Shown here: piece by piece, positions 29,618-39,090 of the stretch | Numbering within the stretch: the first letter of the stretch is position 1 | Layout: the number at the start of each line of letters is the position of its first letter | Source of the DNA: Spirochaetales bacterium | GTDB taxonomy: Bacteria; Spirochaetota; Spirochaetia; SZUA-6; RPPD01 | Direction: 5' to 3' | DNA length: 64,000 nucleotides | Assembly (NCBI GenBank): GCA_016929065.1 | Contig: JAFGJO010000055.1 | Coordinates: 401 to 64,400, forward strand | Position numbers and translations under genes: made by a program | Notes under the pieces: model-generated | Told to the model about the DNA's origin: nothing | The model's input: the letters and a program-made list of their open reading frames with translations, nothing else | The model's database searches: none

Positions 29618-32065
29618 ATGAAAAAGACCGTATTTTTAACAGCGGGAATTACTGTTTTTTTATTAATTTCGTTTATCACCTGTTCCCCTCCGGGCGGCGG
29701 GAATACAACACCCGGCGGCGGGGGAATCCCGGTTGGACCTTTGGCCGGATATGTCGGTTTTGCGACGCTCAACGGCGGGACAACCGGCGGTGCGGGCGGT
29801 GATGAGGTAACTGTCTCTACCGGAACAGAGCTTCAGAATGCTATTAATGTCTATAAATCTGAGAATCCGACTGGCCGGGCGGCAATGGACAGCCCCCGAA
29901 TAATCTATATTTCCGGTTCAATAACCACTGACAATTCACCTGAAGATGTTATTTATCTGAAAGGCAGTTCAGATACAAAGCTTTTTGAGAATATTTCAAT
30001 TATTGGTGTCGGAACTTCGGGTGAGTTTAATGGTATTGGTTTGAAAATTGAACGTGCGCACAACATTATTATCCAGAATATTGCCTTTCACCATGTTCGC
30101 GCCGGTGTAGGAGACGGAGACGGGATGGGCGTGAACGGACCGGCGACCAACATCTGGGTTGACCACTGTGAATTCTACAATGAAGTCGGTGATCTTGACG
30201 GGGACGGCACTATTGGGGACGGTGGCGATAAAGACTATTACGATGCCCTTCTGGATACAAAGTATGAAGGAATCGGATACATCACATACTCCTATAATAC
30301 CTTCCATGACAGCTATAAAACAAGTCTTATTGGATATACAACAGATGATGCCCGTGACTGGAATATCACCATTTACAGGAACTATTACTATAATTGTAAT
30401 TCGCGACTTCCATTAATTCGGGGAGGTAATGTTCATATATTGAATAATTACTATTATAATAATATGGGTTCGGGAATTAATTTGCGCTGTGGCGGTACAG
30501 TATTAATAGAAGGGAATTACTTCAAGGATTCAAAGGATGTCATCGGCCATTTTTATAATGACCCCACAGGATACTGGGACCTTGGCCCGGGATCGTCTGA
30601 TTCCAACATCTATGACAATGTGACATGGAGTACAATCGCCGATGATATTTATGCGACAGCACAAAGTGAGGGATTTGCAGATACCGGAACCTGGACACCG
30701 CCCTATTCATATACCGCTCTGGCTGCTTCTGAGGTTCCCGCTGCAGTAGAACACAGTACTGGCGTCGGGAATATTGATGACGGTATCGAACAAACCGATG
30801 CCCAAAAAGTAGCCGCGGCAAAAGCGCTGTTATCGGGGGAACTTTTAGGTGTTTATTATATTGACAAGGCCACAACCGAGGCAGCTGTTGCAGCCGTAAT
30901 TGCGGCAGTCGAAGGCGATTTTGCGGACACGGTTGAAGTGACCATTCTCACCGATGAACCGGGCGAAACCACAACGATTACCATTACCAGCGGACTGGAA
31001 AGCGATACAATTGTCATTCAGCCGCAGACTGCCGATGACAAAATATCCGATGCATATGACCTGGTGGATACTGCGGTTTCGGGAATTTCATATACCACGG
31101 CCGCTTTAACACTCACCGCAGCCGAAGACGCAATTGATTCGGTTTCTGCGGGCTTTGCCACTGGAGTAAGTGCTGTTGCGGCAATTGACGCCGGGAACAA
31201 CGACAATATTGTCATCACCATATCATGCGCGGGCGGGACAGATCAGACAATTACCATCTTGGCTCCGACGAGCGCCGAACGCGTTGCGTATGCAAAATCG
31301 GTCCTTTTGGGAAATTCTGCAATCAGATGGGATACTGATGTTGCCACCACCTACGCAAATGTCTCCGCGGCAGTGGCGATTACGAACGGCGATGGATCGC
31401 TGTGGGAAGCGACTGCGTCCGCAGCCATTGACGGCGATACGGTCGTCATTACCATTACTCACGGGATCGAGAGTGACACAATCGTTCTTTCGGCGACGGT
31501 CGACTGGGTGAACGCTGATATCGGTTCAGCCGCGGGAGTGACATCCGAATCAGCCGGCACGTATACCATTACAGGAACCGGAAAGTTCGAGAGTTCACAG
31601 CAGACATTCCGGTATATGTATACAGAAATTACCGGCGACTTTACAATGACCGCCCGGGTAGAGAGTTTTACCGCAACAAGCAATCAGGGGTGGGCGGGAA
31701 TACTGATGACTCCCAACAATGCAGCTTCATTTTCCACCGGTACAGATATGCTGTTCAGTGCGAGCATCAAGCGCGGAGACGGAACCTGGTACTATGGTCA
31801 CCGTCTTGCAGCAGGCGCTACTCTTACCAAGAATGCCATGACGGCGCCGTCCGGCAGCGGGAATACCTATGTAAAACTCGTACGGACCGGCGACAGCTAC
31901 AGCGCGTCGTACTCACTTGACGGTGGAAGCACCTGGGGAGCAGCGACAACCAATTCATTTGCAGCAGCACTTCCTGCCACGCTGTATGTCGGACTTTGCG
32001 TAAACTCCGGCAGCAGTTCTGCATCTGCGACCGCGGTGTTCAGCGATGTAATGATTACGCAATAA
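29618..32065 (+). CDS. PL1-family pectate lyase with long C-terminal extension (linker plus shared beta-sandwich domain)
   Basis: Lipoprotein signal. Motifs NIWVDHCEF and NCNSRLPLIRGG (the pectate-lyase R-P-R region). Confidence 0.85.
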   Translation: MKKTVFLTAGITVFLLISFITCSPPGGGNTTPGGGGIPVGPLAGYVGFATLNGGTTGGAGGDEVTVSTGTELQNAINVYKSENPTGRAAMDSPRIIYISGSITTDNSPEDVIYLKGSSDTKLFENISIIGVGTSGEFNGIGLKIERAHNIIIQNIAFHHVRAGVGDGDGMGVNGPATNIWVDHCEFYNEVGDLDGDGTIGDGGDKDYYDALLDTKYEGIGYITYSYNTFHDSYKTSLIGYTTDDARDWNITIYRNYYYNCNSRLPLIRGGNVHILNNYYYNNMGSGINLRCGGTVLIEGNYFKDSKDVIGHFYNDPTGYWDLGPGSSDSNIYDNVTWSTIADDIYATAQSEGFADTGTWTPPYSYTALAASEVPAAVEHSTGVGNIDDGIEQTDAQKVAAAKALLSGELLGVYYIDKATTEAAVAAVIAAVEGDFADTVEVTILTDEPGETTTITITSGLESDTIVIQPQTADDKISDAYDLVDTAVSGISYTTAALTLTAAEDAIDSVSAGFATGVSAVAAIDAGNNDNIVITISCAGGTDQTITILAPTSAERVAYAKSVLLGNSAIRWDTDVATTYANVSAAVAITNGDGSLWEATASAAIDGDTVVITITHGIESDTIVLSATVDWVNADIGSAAGVTSESAGTYTITGTGKFESSQQTFRYMYTEITGDFTMTARVESFTATSNQGWAGILMTPNNAASFSTGTDMLFSASIKRGDGTWYYGHRLAAGATLTKNAMTAPSGSGNTYVKLVRTGDSYSASYSLDGGSTWGAATTNSFAAALPATLYVGLCVNSGSSSASATAVFSDVMITQ

Positions 32066-32080
32066 CTGTTTTTTGATGTA

Positions 32081-32112
32081 TTTTTAAGGGCTGCCGTTGA
32101 CTGGACAGCCCT
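32081..32112 (+). terminator. Rho-independent terminator
   Basis: gggctg-ccgttgactgga-cagccc followed by T7. Confidence 0.6.
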
Positions 32113-32199
32113 TTTTTTCATTCCTCCCCTTGATACCAATTGGATTATTTACTAATTTAAACTGAAATCCCGAAAGCAAAAATACCTAATGGAGAGTGC

Positions 32200-33915
32200 A
32201 TGGTCCGCAGATTTTTAAAATATTATAAACCGCACCTTTTTTTGTTCATCCTTGACCTTGCTGCTGCGGTTGGCAGTTCATTTCTTGCGATTTTAATTCC
32301 ATACCTTACCCGTGATCTGCTGCGTACCTATATCCCGCAGCAGAACTTTGACATGATACTTATTGTCCTGGGCATTATTCTGGGGATTTATTGTGTAAAA
32401 ACATATTTGACGTATGTGCGGGTGAAATGGGGGCATATATTGGGCCTTCGGATGGAATACGATATGCGGGATGATTTGTTTCAGCATATCCAGAAACTCT
32501 CGTTTTCCTATTTTGATAATGTAAAAACCGGCCATATCATGTCGAGGATCTCAAGCGACCTCAACATGATTGCGGAGATTGCCCATCATGCCCCCGAAGA
32601 CCTTCTCATCTCCGCTCTGGTGCTGATCGGCAGCTTTATTTTTATGTTTACTTTTAATGTTTATCTCAGTCTGATCGCGCTTATTCCGCTGCCGTTCATG
32701 CTGGTGTGGGGCTGGGTGTACGGCCTTAAAATGCGGCACAATTTTCGGCAGGTGCGCAAAACCATCGCGGATATTAACAGTACTGTTGAAAATTCTGTTC
32801 AGGGGATACGGGAGGTAAAATCGTACGCAAATGAAAAACTGGAGATGTCGAAATTCTCCCAATCAAATACCAACTTCAAAAATGCGCTTCAGGCAGCTTA
32901 TTCCCGGATGGCGGTTTTTTTCAGCGGCATGAATTTTCTGCGGGATTTTTATTATCTGGTGATCATCACTGGAGGGATTATTCTTATCTACTATACACTC
33001 CTTGATGTGACAGAGCTTGTCACTTTTATTTTGTTTGTCAGCATCATTCTTCCTCCGATTGACCGGCTGATTAACTTTATCGAACAGTACCAGCAGGGGG
33101 TGGCATCTTTTGAACGGTTTCTGGAAATCATGGACATTGAACCGGATATTACCGATGCAAAACATGCGGGAAAATTGTCCGGCGTAAAGGGTGAAATCAA
33201 ATTCGATCATGTGTCTTTCCGGTATAAAACGTCTCCGGGGGTTATCCTTGACGATGTAAGTTTTACCATAAAGCCGGGTGAGAAAATCGCGATTGTCGGG
33301 GAATCGGGTGCGGGGAAAAGCACGATCGTCTCGCTTCTGCCGCGGTTTTATGAACCGCAGCAGGGTGTCATTACCATCGATGGAAAAAATGTTCTGGATA
33401 TCAAACAGCATTCACTCAGGCAGGCCATCGGCCTGGTCCAGCAGAATGTGTTTTTGTTTGATTCCACGGTTCAGGAAAATATTATGTACGGGAATCCCTC
33501 CGCGACTTTTGAGGAAATGGTGGAAGCGGCAAAAATGTCGCATATTTTCGACTACATCGACAGCCTGCCGGATAAATTCGACACGCTTGTGGGAGAGCGC
33601 GGGATAAAACTGTCGGGAGGGCAGAAACAGCGGATTTCGATTGCGAGAGTGTTTCTGAAAAATCCTCCGATACTGATTTTTGACGAGGCGACCTCGTCGC
33701 TTGATTCAGAGTCTGAAAGTTATGTGCAGGATGCGATGGCCAAACTCAGTCAAAACAGAACAACAATTATCATCGCGCACCGGCTTTCCACGGTAAAATC
33801 TGTTGACAGAATTTATGTGCTGCGGGAAGGTAAAATAATAGAAGAGGGAACGCATGAAAAATTGATCGGGTTAGAAGGTTACTATCATACGCTCTATGAG
33901 AAGAATTTGTTATGA
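32200..33915 (+). CDS. ABC exporter, fused permease and ATPase (MsbA-like)
   Basis: 6-TM N-terminal half. Walker A GESGAGKST and signature LSGGQKQRISIAR. Confidence 0.9.
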   Translation: MVRRFLKYYKPHLFLFILDLAAAVGSSFLAILIPYLTRDLLRTYIPQQNFDMILIVLGIILGIYCVKTYLTYVRVKWGHILGLRMEYDMRDDLFQHIQKLSFSYFDNVKTGHIMSRISSDLNMIAEIAHHAPEDLLISALVLIGSFIFMFTFNVYLSLIALIPLPFMLVWGWVYGLKMRHNFRQVRKTIADINSTVENSVQGIREVKSYANEKLEMSKFSQSNTNFKNALQAAYSRMAVFFSGMNFLRDFYYLVIITGGIILIYYTLLDVTELVTFILFVSIILPPIDRLINFIEQYQQGVASFERFLEIMDIEPDITDAKHAGKLSGVKGEIKFDHVSFRYKTSPGVILDDVSFTIKPGEKIAIVGESGAGKSTIVSLLPRFYEPQQGVITIDGKNVLDIKQHSLRQAIGLVQQNVFLFDSTVQENIMYGNPSATFEEMVEAAKMSHIFDYIDSLPDKFDTLVGERGIKLSGGQKQRISIARVFLKNPPILIFDEATSSLDSESESYVQDAMAKLSQNRTTIIIAHRLSTVKSVDRIYVLREGKIIEEGTHEKLIGLEGYYHTLYEKNLL

Positions 33916-33946
33916 ATTATCCCTGTAATTTCTCGATGCAGTCATA

Positions 33947-34030
33947 AAAGCGAAATATTTTTTTCGTCCCCCGAACGGTTCATACCTGCAGTAGTGAGGG
34001 GGCAAAAAATATTTCGCTTTCCTTTTTTTT
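33947..34030. terminator. Long imperfect hairpin (about 22-bp stem, 25-nt loop) plus T8, nested inside an 11-bp outer inverted repeat (33922-34046)
   Basis: aaagcgaaatattttttt-cgtccccc / gggggc-aaaaaatatttcgcttt. Outer repeat cctgtaatttc / gaaattacagg. Confidence 0.6.
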
Positions 34031-34125
34031 AAGAAGAAATTACAGGAGCAGGATTTGTTTTTATCATAAATAGAGAAGGTGTCCGATTATCTGTCGGACA
34101 CCTTCGTGCTGTTGCTGATTTGTTT

Positions 34126-35544
34126 TTAATATCTGTAATGCTCAGGCTTGTACGGCCCTTCTACAGGAATGTTCAGGTAGTCAGCCTGCTGTTTTGTAAG
34201 AGTGGTAAGTTTTGCCTGTAATTGACTCAAATGCAGTCTGGCAACTTCCTCATCCAGTTTTTTGGAAAGGGTATACACTCCGATCTCTCTTTTTTGTGTT
34301 GCAAGGTCAATTTGCGCGAGCACTTGATTGGTAAAGCTGTTTGACATGACAAAACTTGGATGGCCGGTCGCGCACCCAAGGTTTACCAGGCGGCCTTCGG
34401 CAAGGACAATAATGGAGCGGCCGGATTCGAGCGTCCATTTGTCGACCTGCGGTTTTACAGTCTCTTTTTTGCATTTCGGGTTTTCTTCAAGATACGACAT
34501 CTGTATTTCTGAATCAAAGTGGCCGATGTTGCATACGATAGATTCATCTTTCATTTTTTCCATATGCTCACCGCGGATGACATCGCAGCATCCTGTCGTG
34601 GTAACAAAAATATCACCGATGGTTGCTGCGTCTTCCATGGTGGTAACCTGGTAACCTTCCATGGTTGCCTGCAACGCGCAGATGGGGTCAATCTCGGTGA
34701 CAATGACCCGCGCACCGAATCCGCGCATGGACTGGCAGCATCCCTTGCCGACATCGCCGTATCCCGCAATCACCACAACTTTTCCCGCGACCATGACATC
34801 GGTCGCGCGCTTGATGCCGTCGGCCAAAGATTCGCGGCATCCGTACAAATTATCGAACTTTGATTTGGTAACGGAATCATTCACATTGATAGCCGGAAAC
34901 AAAAGCTCGTTGCTGCTCATCATCTGGTAAAGCCGGTGAACGCCCGTGGTTGTCTCTTCGGATACACCCTTTATTTTTTCGGCAACACGAGTCCAGCGGG
35001 ACGGGTCTTTTTTATAGCCGTGCGCAAGCCGGTCGATGATGATCTGGAATTCTTTGTTGTCATATTTTTTTTCCAGAAGCGATGGATCCTTCTCGATTTT
35101 CACGCCTTGGTGGATCATCAGGGTCGCATCACCTCCGTCATCGACGATGAGGTCCGGGCCAAAGCCGTCGGGCCAGGTCAGTGCCTGTTCGGTGCACCAC
35201 CAGTATTCCTCAAGCGTTTCACCCTTCCAGGCAAAAACTGCTGTTCTGCCTTCTTTGGCAATGGCCGCGGCAGCATGATCCTGAGTCGAAAAAATATTAC
35301 AGGATGCCCAGCGGACATCGGCACCGAGCGCCTCAAGCGTTTCAATCAGCATCGCTGTCTGAATAGTCATGTGCAGTGAGCCCATGATTTTAAGACCCTT
35401 TAGCGGTTTTTCTGCACCGTATTTTTTACGGCAGGACATGAGTCCGGGCATTTCTTTTTCTGCCAGCTGCATTTCCCTGCGGCCCCATTCGGCGAGAGAG
35501 ATATCGGCAATTTTATGCTTAAGTGTTTTGTCAAGTTCAAGCAT
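34126..35544 (-). CDS. ahcY: Adenosylhomocysteinase
   Basis: Full-length SAH hydrolase with NAD-binding [12 protein letters not shown]. Confidence 0.95.
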   Translation of the reverse strand: MLELDKTLKHKIADISLAEWGRREMQLAEKEMPGLMSCRKKYGAEKPLKGLKIMGSLHMTIQTAMLIETLEALGADVRWASCNIFSTQDHAAAAIAKEGRTAVFAWKGETLEEYWWCTEQALTWPDGFGPDLIVDDGGDATLMIHQGVKIEKDPSLLEKKYDNKEFQIIIDRLAHGYKKDPSRWTRVAEKIKGVSEETTTGVHRLYQMMSSNELLFPAINVNDSVTKSKFDNLYGCRESLADGIKRATDVMVAGKVVVIAGYGDVGKGCCQSMRGFGARVIVTEIDPICALQATMEGYQVTTMEDAATIGDIFVTTTGCCDVIRGEHMEKMKDESIVCNIGHFDSEIQMSYLEENPKCKKETVKPQVDKWTLESGRSIIVLAEGRLVNLGCATGHPSFVMSNSFTNQVLAQIDLATQKREIGVYTLSKKLDEEVARLHLSQLQAKLTTLTKQQADYLNIPVEGPYKPEHYRY

Positions 35545-35564
35545 GGTATTCCTCCATAGAGTAT

Positions 35565-36479
35565 TTATTGTTTTCCTGCGCTCAATACAAGCACAGTTAA
35601 TTCCTTTGTTATGGCAATTTCCTTTTTATCCACAATCGCAAAACCGGCCCGAACCAGCCAGTCCTGGAGTTCTTTTATCTGGAATCCAAGCCATCGGTCA
35701 CCGTATCTGCTGCGCATCATTTCCGAGGTGTGGCCGGAAAAATCCGCTATGATAAGTTGTCCTTTTGGTTTTAATATTCTGTTTATCTCAACAAGGCCGG
35801 CCAGTGGTTCGGGGAGATGGTGCAGCACCATATTGCATATAGCCGTATCCGCTTCCCCTTCCCGCAGGGGCAGATGTTCCAGCTCGCCCATCCGCACCTC
35901 GACTTTTCCGGATTCCGCGGCAAACCTTTTCCGGGTATGGGCGATCATCTGCGGGGATGAATCAACGCCGATCACCGTTTTTGCTTTTTGAATGAGCCCT
36001 TCGATCAGGTCTCCGGTGCCGCATCCCAGATCAGCGCAAACGACGCTATTGAAAATGCCGGAAAGGATAATTTCATTAATATCAGTTTTTCCAAAGAGTG
36101 ATATTTTCATTTGTTCCCAATGCGGTGCCAGGGAATCAAAGAGCTGTATCGATTTTTCTGTCCGCTGTTTCAATACCTTCTTTGCAGTTTTATTGTCAGC
36201 AGTAATCTGTATTTCGTTTTCCAGTAAAGAGGGCAATATGTCGATAAGCGTTTTTTTGGTATTGCCTTTTTCCGCTGAAAAGAAACTCCACAAACCGTCT
36301 TTTCTTTTTTTTAACAGTTCACTGTCAGTCAGTATTTTCAGATGACGGGAAATTCCAGACTGTCCGATATCAAGAATTTCCACAATTTCATTGACATTCA
36401 GTTCATGATTCAGTAAAAGATTCATGATCCGCAATCGGGTGGGGTCTGATAATGCTTTAAAAACAGGTAATACTTTCAT
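35565..36479 (-). CDS. sahR: ArsR-family helix-turn-helix fused to SAM-dependent methyltransferase-like domain (SahR-type regulator)
   Basis: ArsR helix-turn-helix ([33 protein letters not shown]) plus methyltransferase motif I ([12 protein letters not shown]). Directly upstream of ahcY. Confidence 0.75.
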   Translation of the reverse strand: MKVLPVFKALSDPTRLRIMNLLLNHELNVNEIVEILDIGQSGISRHLKILTDSELLKKRKDGLWSFFSAEKGNTKKTLIDILPSLLENEIQITADNKTAKKVLKQRTEKSIQLFDSLAPHWEQMKISLFGKTDINEIILSGIFNSVVCADLGCGTGDLIEGLIQKAKTVIGVDSSPQMIAHTRKRFAAESGKVEVRMGELEHLPLREGEADTAICNMVLHHLPEPLAGLVEINRILKPKGQLIIADFSGHTSEMMRSRYGDRWLGFQIKELQDWLVRAGFAIVDKKEIAITKELTVLVLSAGKQ

Positions 36480-36483
36480 ATCG

Positions 36484-36499
36484 ATATATCATGATATAT
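36484..36499. promoter_or_regulatory. Perfect 16-bp palindrome ATATATCATGATATAT 5 bp upstream of the sahR start; candidate operator
   Basis: Read directly from the sequence. Adjacent palindrome ATATCGATAT overlaps the start codon. Confidence 0.35.
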
Positions 36500-36545
36500 T
36501 GATATATTACTGATGGAAAGGAAATGAGTCAAGTGGAAAGTATAA

Positions 36546-36580
36546 AAAAACCCCATCACTTTATGTGACGGGGTTTATTG
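36546..36580 (-). terminator. Terminator for glnN
   Basis: ccccgtcac-ataaag-tgatgggg followed by T7, minus-strand orientation. Confidence 0.55.
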
Positions 36581-36596
36581 GTTGGAAAAGTTTACT

Positions 36597-38723
36597 TTAC
36601 AGTCTGAAGAGCATATCCTCATAGGTCGGGTACGGCCAGTATTCCTGGGAGACAAGGCATTCAAGCTTGTCTGCGGGTGTACGGACTGCACTCATCGCGG
36701 GAAATACTTTTTCACGGAATGCTTTCGCCTGTGCATGCACATCCTCAACAGCCTGCGCGGCAACAAGAACCTTCTCAAGTTCCAGTGTTTTTGCCCGGAG
36801 TGTGTCAATTCCGCCACAGATATCTTCGAGCAGTTTCTCGAGGGTACCGGTCGGTGCTTTGGATAAAATAGCCTTGACCCCGCCGATTGTCCCTGCAAGA
36901 GAACTCATGTATTCGGTTGCTGCGGGCAAAATATCCCGCGTAGCCATGGATATCATAAGCTGGGCCTCGATATTGATCTGTTTGGCATAGCGTTCAAGCG
37001 AGATGTGAAAACGGGATTCCAGTTCCTTGTGTGTATAGACCTTGTGTTTTTCAAAAAGTGCAACAGATTCTTTTTTCGTAAGTTCAGAAAGGGCTTCAAC
37101 CGTTGATTTCATGTTCGGCAGGCCGCGTTTTTCTGCTTCTGCAAGCCATTCATCAGAGTATCCATTTCCGTTGAAAATAATTTTATTGTGCGCTTTGTAT
37201 GTATCGGTGACAATGTCCTGAATCGCCTTGTTTTTATCCGATGCTTTTTCCAGTTTGTCTGCAATTTCCGAAAGAATATCCGCTACAGTTGTGTTGAGAA
37301 CCACGTTCGGTTCTGCAATTGATTCTGATGAGGGAACCATCCGGAATTCAAACTTGTTCCCGGTAAAGGCAAACGGAGAGGTTCTGTTTCTGTCGGTCAA
37401 ATCTTTTGGAAGATCCGGCAACGTGCTCACGCCAAGCAGCATTTTCTGACCCTTTGAGTTGGTCACTGGTTTGCCCTCCGAAAGATTTTTCAGAATCTCC
37501 TGCAGCTGGTCACCGAGGAATACCGAAATAATGGCCGGAGGCGCTTCATTGGCACCAAGGCGGTGGTCATTTCCTGGGTTTGCTGCAGAGACGCGGAGGA
37601 GACCTGCATACTTATCAACCGACTTTAACACAGCCGAAAGAAAAACAAGAAACTGTGCATTTTCATGCGGATCATCGCCTGGTTCAAGGAGATTTAATCC
37701 GTCATCAGTTCCCATTGACCAGTTGTTGTGTTTGCCTGATCCATTGACCCCTGCAAAGGGTTTTTCGTGCAGCAATGCAACGAGGCCATGCCGTCCTGCG
37801 ATTTTTTGCATCGTTTCCATAACCAACTGGTTTCGGTCTGCGGCGACGTTCGAAACATCATAAATAGGTGCAAGTTCAAACTGGTTTGGCGCAACTTCGT
37901 TATGCTGGGTTTTCGCAGAAATTCCCAGTTTCCAGAGTTCAAAGTTGAGTTCCCGCATGAAGGCGGCGACCCGTTCCTTGATTGATCCGAAATAATGGTC
38001 CTCAAGCTCCTGGCCTTTTGATGGCATTGAGCCAAAGAGGGTGCGGCCTGCCAGCATCAAATCCATCCGCTGTTCCCAGTATTCTTTATCGATGAGGAAA
38101 TATTCCTGCTCGGGTCCGACAGTCGTTATCACTCTTGAGGAGGTTGTGTTTCCCAGTGCCTTGAGCACACGCATTGCCTGCTTTGACAGAGCTTCCATGG
38201 AACGGAGCAGAGGTACTTTTTTATCAAGTGCTTCACCAGTATACGAAATAAATGCCGTCGGGATGTACAGGGTGACACCGGTGTTGTCTTCTTTCAGAAA
38301 TGCCGGCGAGGTGGTGTCCCATGCAGTATACCCGCGTGCTTCGAACGTTGAGCGCAATCCGCCGCTGGGAAAGGACGATGCATCCGGTTCACCCTTGATA
38401 AGTTCTTTTCCAGAGAACTCCATCATGACTTTTCCGTCTGGTGTGGGAGAAATGAACGAATCATGTTTTTCGGCGGTGAGCCCGGTGAGCGGCTGAAACC
38501 AATGCGTGAAATGGGTGGCGCCTTTCTCAATTGCCCAGTCTTTCATTGCCATGGCGACGATGTCTGCGACTTCGAGGGTGAGGTCAGCGTTTCCTTCCTG
38601 AACTTTCTTGAGGGCACGGTAAATGTTTTTGGGAAGGCGTTCCTTCATGACTGCGTCATTAAAGCAGTGCATGCCGTAAATTTCTGTTACGGGATGTTTG
38701 GTGAAATCAATGGTTTTTTCCAT
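36597..38723 (-). CDS. glnN: Glutamine synthetase type III
   Basis: 708 aa with the GSIII-specific N-terminal domain and catalytic core. Confidence 0.9.
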   Translation of the reverse strand: MEKTIDFTKHPVTEIYGMHCFNDAVMKERLPKNIYRALKKVQEGNADLTLEVADIVAMAMKDWAIEKGATHFTHWFQPLTGLTAEKHDSFISPTPDGKVMMEFSGKELIKGEPDASSFPSGGLRSTFEARGYTAWDTTSPAFLKEDNTGVTLYIPTAFISYTGEALDKKVPLLRSMEALSKQAMRVLKALGNTTSSRVITTVGPEQEYFLIDKEYWEQRMDLMLAGRTLFGSMPSKGQELEDHYFGSIKERVAAFMRELNFELWKLGISAKTQHNEVAPNQFELAPIYDVSNVAADRNQLVMETMQKIAGRHGLVALLHEKPFAGVNGSGKHNNWSMGTDDGLNLLEPGDDPHENAQFLVFLSAVLKSVDKYAGLLRVSAANPGNDHRLGANEAPPAIISVFLGDQLQEILKNLSEGKPVTNSKGQKMLLGVSTLPDLPKDLTDRNRTSPFAFTGNKFEFRMVPSSESIAEPNVVLNTTVADILSEIADKLEKASDKNKAIQDIVTDTYKAHNKIIFNGNGYSDEWLAEAEKRGLPNMKSTVEALSELTKKESVALFEKHKVYTHKELESRFHISLERYAKQINIEAQLMISMATRDILPAATEYMSSLAGTIGGVKAILSKAPTGTLEKLLEDICGGIDTLRAKTLELEKVLVAAQAVEDVHAQAKAFREKVFPAMSAVRTPADKLECLVSQEYWPYPTYEDMLFRL

Positions 38724-39019
38724 CTAAGACTCCTGTGGTTTGTGGTATTTTTTTATTCTTTCCTCATGCTGCTCCAGCTTGCCAGAGTAAGAACAAAAAT
38801 CCCCAATTCATGAGGATAATTCTTTTGATACTGTGAAAATTAATTACCACTCCGCAGAAAATATACAAAAGTATATCTTTGTTCACCACAGATATTCCAA
38901 TTGCCAGGCGGGTGCGTTAGCAATACTCCAAGGAATAACGATAATTTACCTTATGAAAAAACAAAGGTCAAGAGAAAAAAGCTTTTTTTTTGGAGCAAGC
39001 CGGATTAGAATACTATAGA

Positions 39020-39048
39020 GTGTCGTTGACAGGGCGCTGTGTTTTGAA
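39020..39048 (+). promoter_or_regulatory. Putative sigma70 promoter for the cyclase gene
   Basis: TTGACA, 17 nt, TACGAT. Confidence 0.3.
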
Positions 39049-39090
39049 TACGATTAAAAACATCTGAAATGTCAATTTGAGCAGGAATTA

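Noticed and set aside
31500-32065. Shared C-terminal domain as a T9SS (Por) sorting domain
   Set aside because: About 170 aa, roughly twice the length of a T9SS C-terminal domain, and lacking its conserved motifs as I recall them. It fits a binding module better.
32863-33411. 182-aa minus-strand ORF
   Set aside because: Inside the ABC transporter gene.
34328-35379. Multiple plus-strand ORFs opposite ahcY
   Set aside because: Shadows of a strongly conserved gene.
38880-38925. Sigma54-type promoter (TGGCAC-N5-TTGC) upstream of glnN
   Set aside because: Only a partial cTGGCAat match with no properly spaced TTGC.
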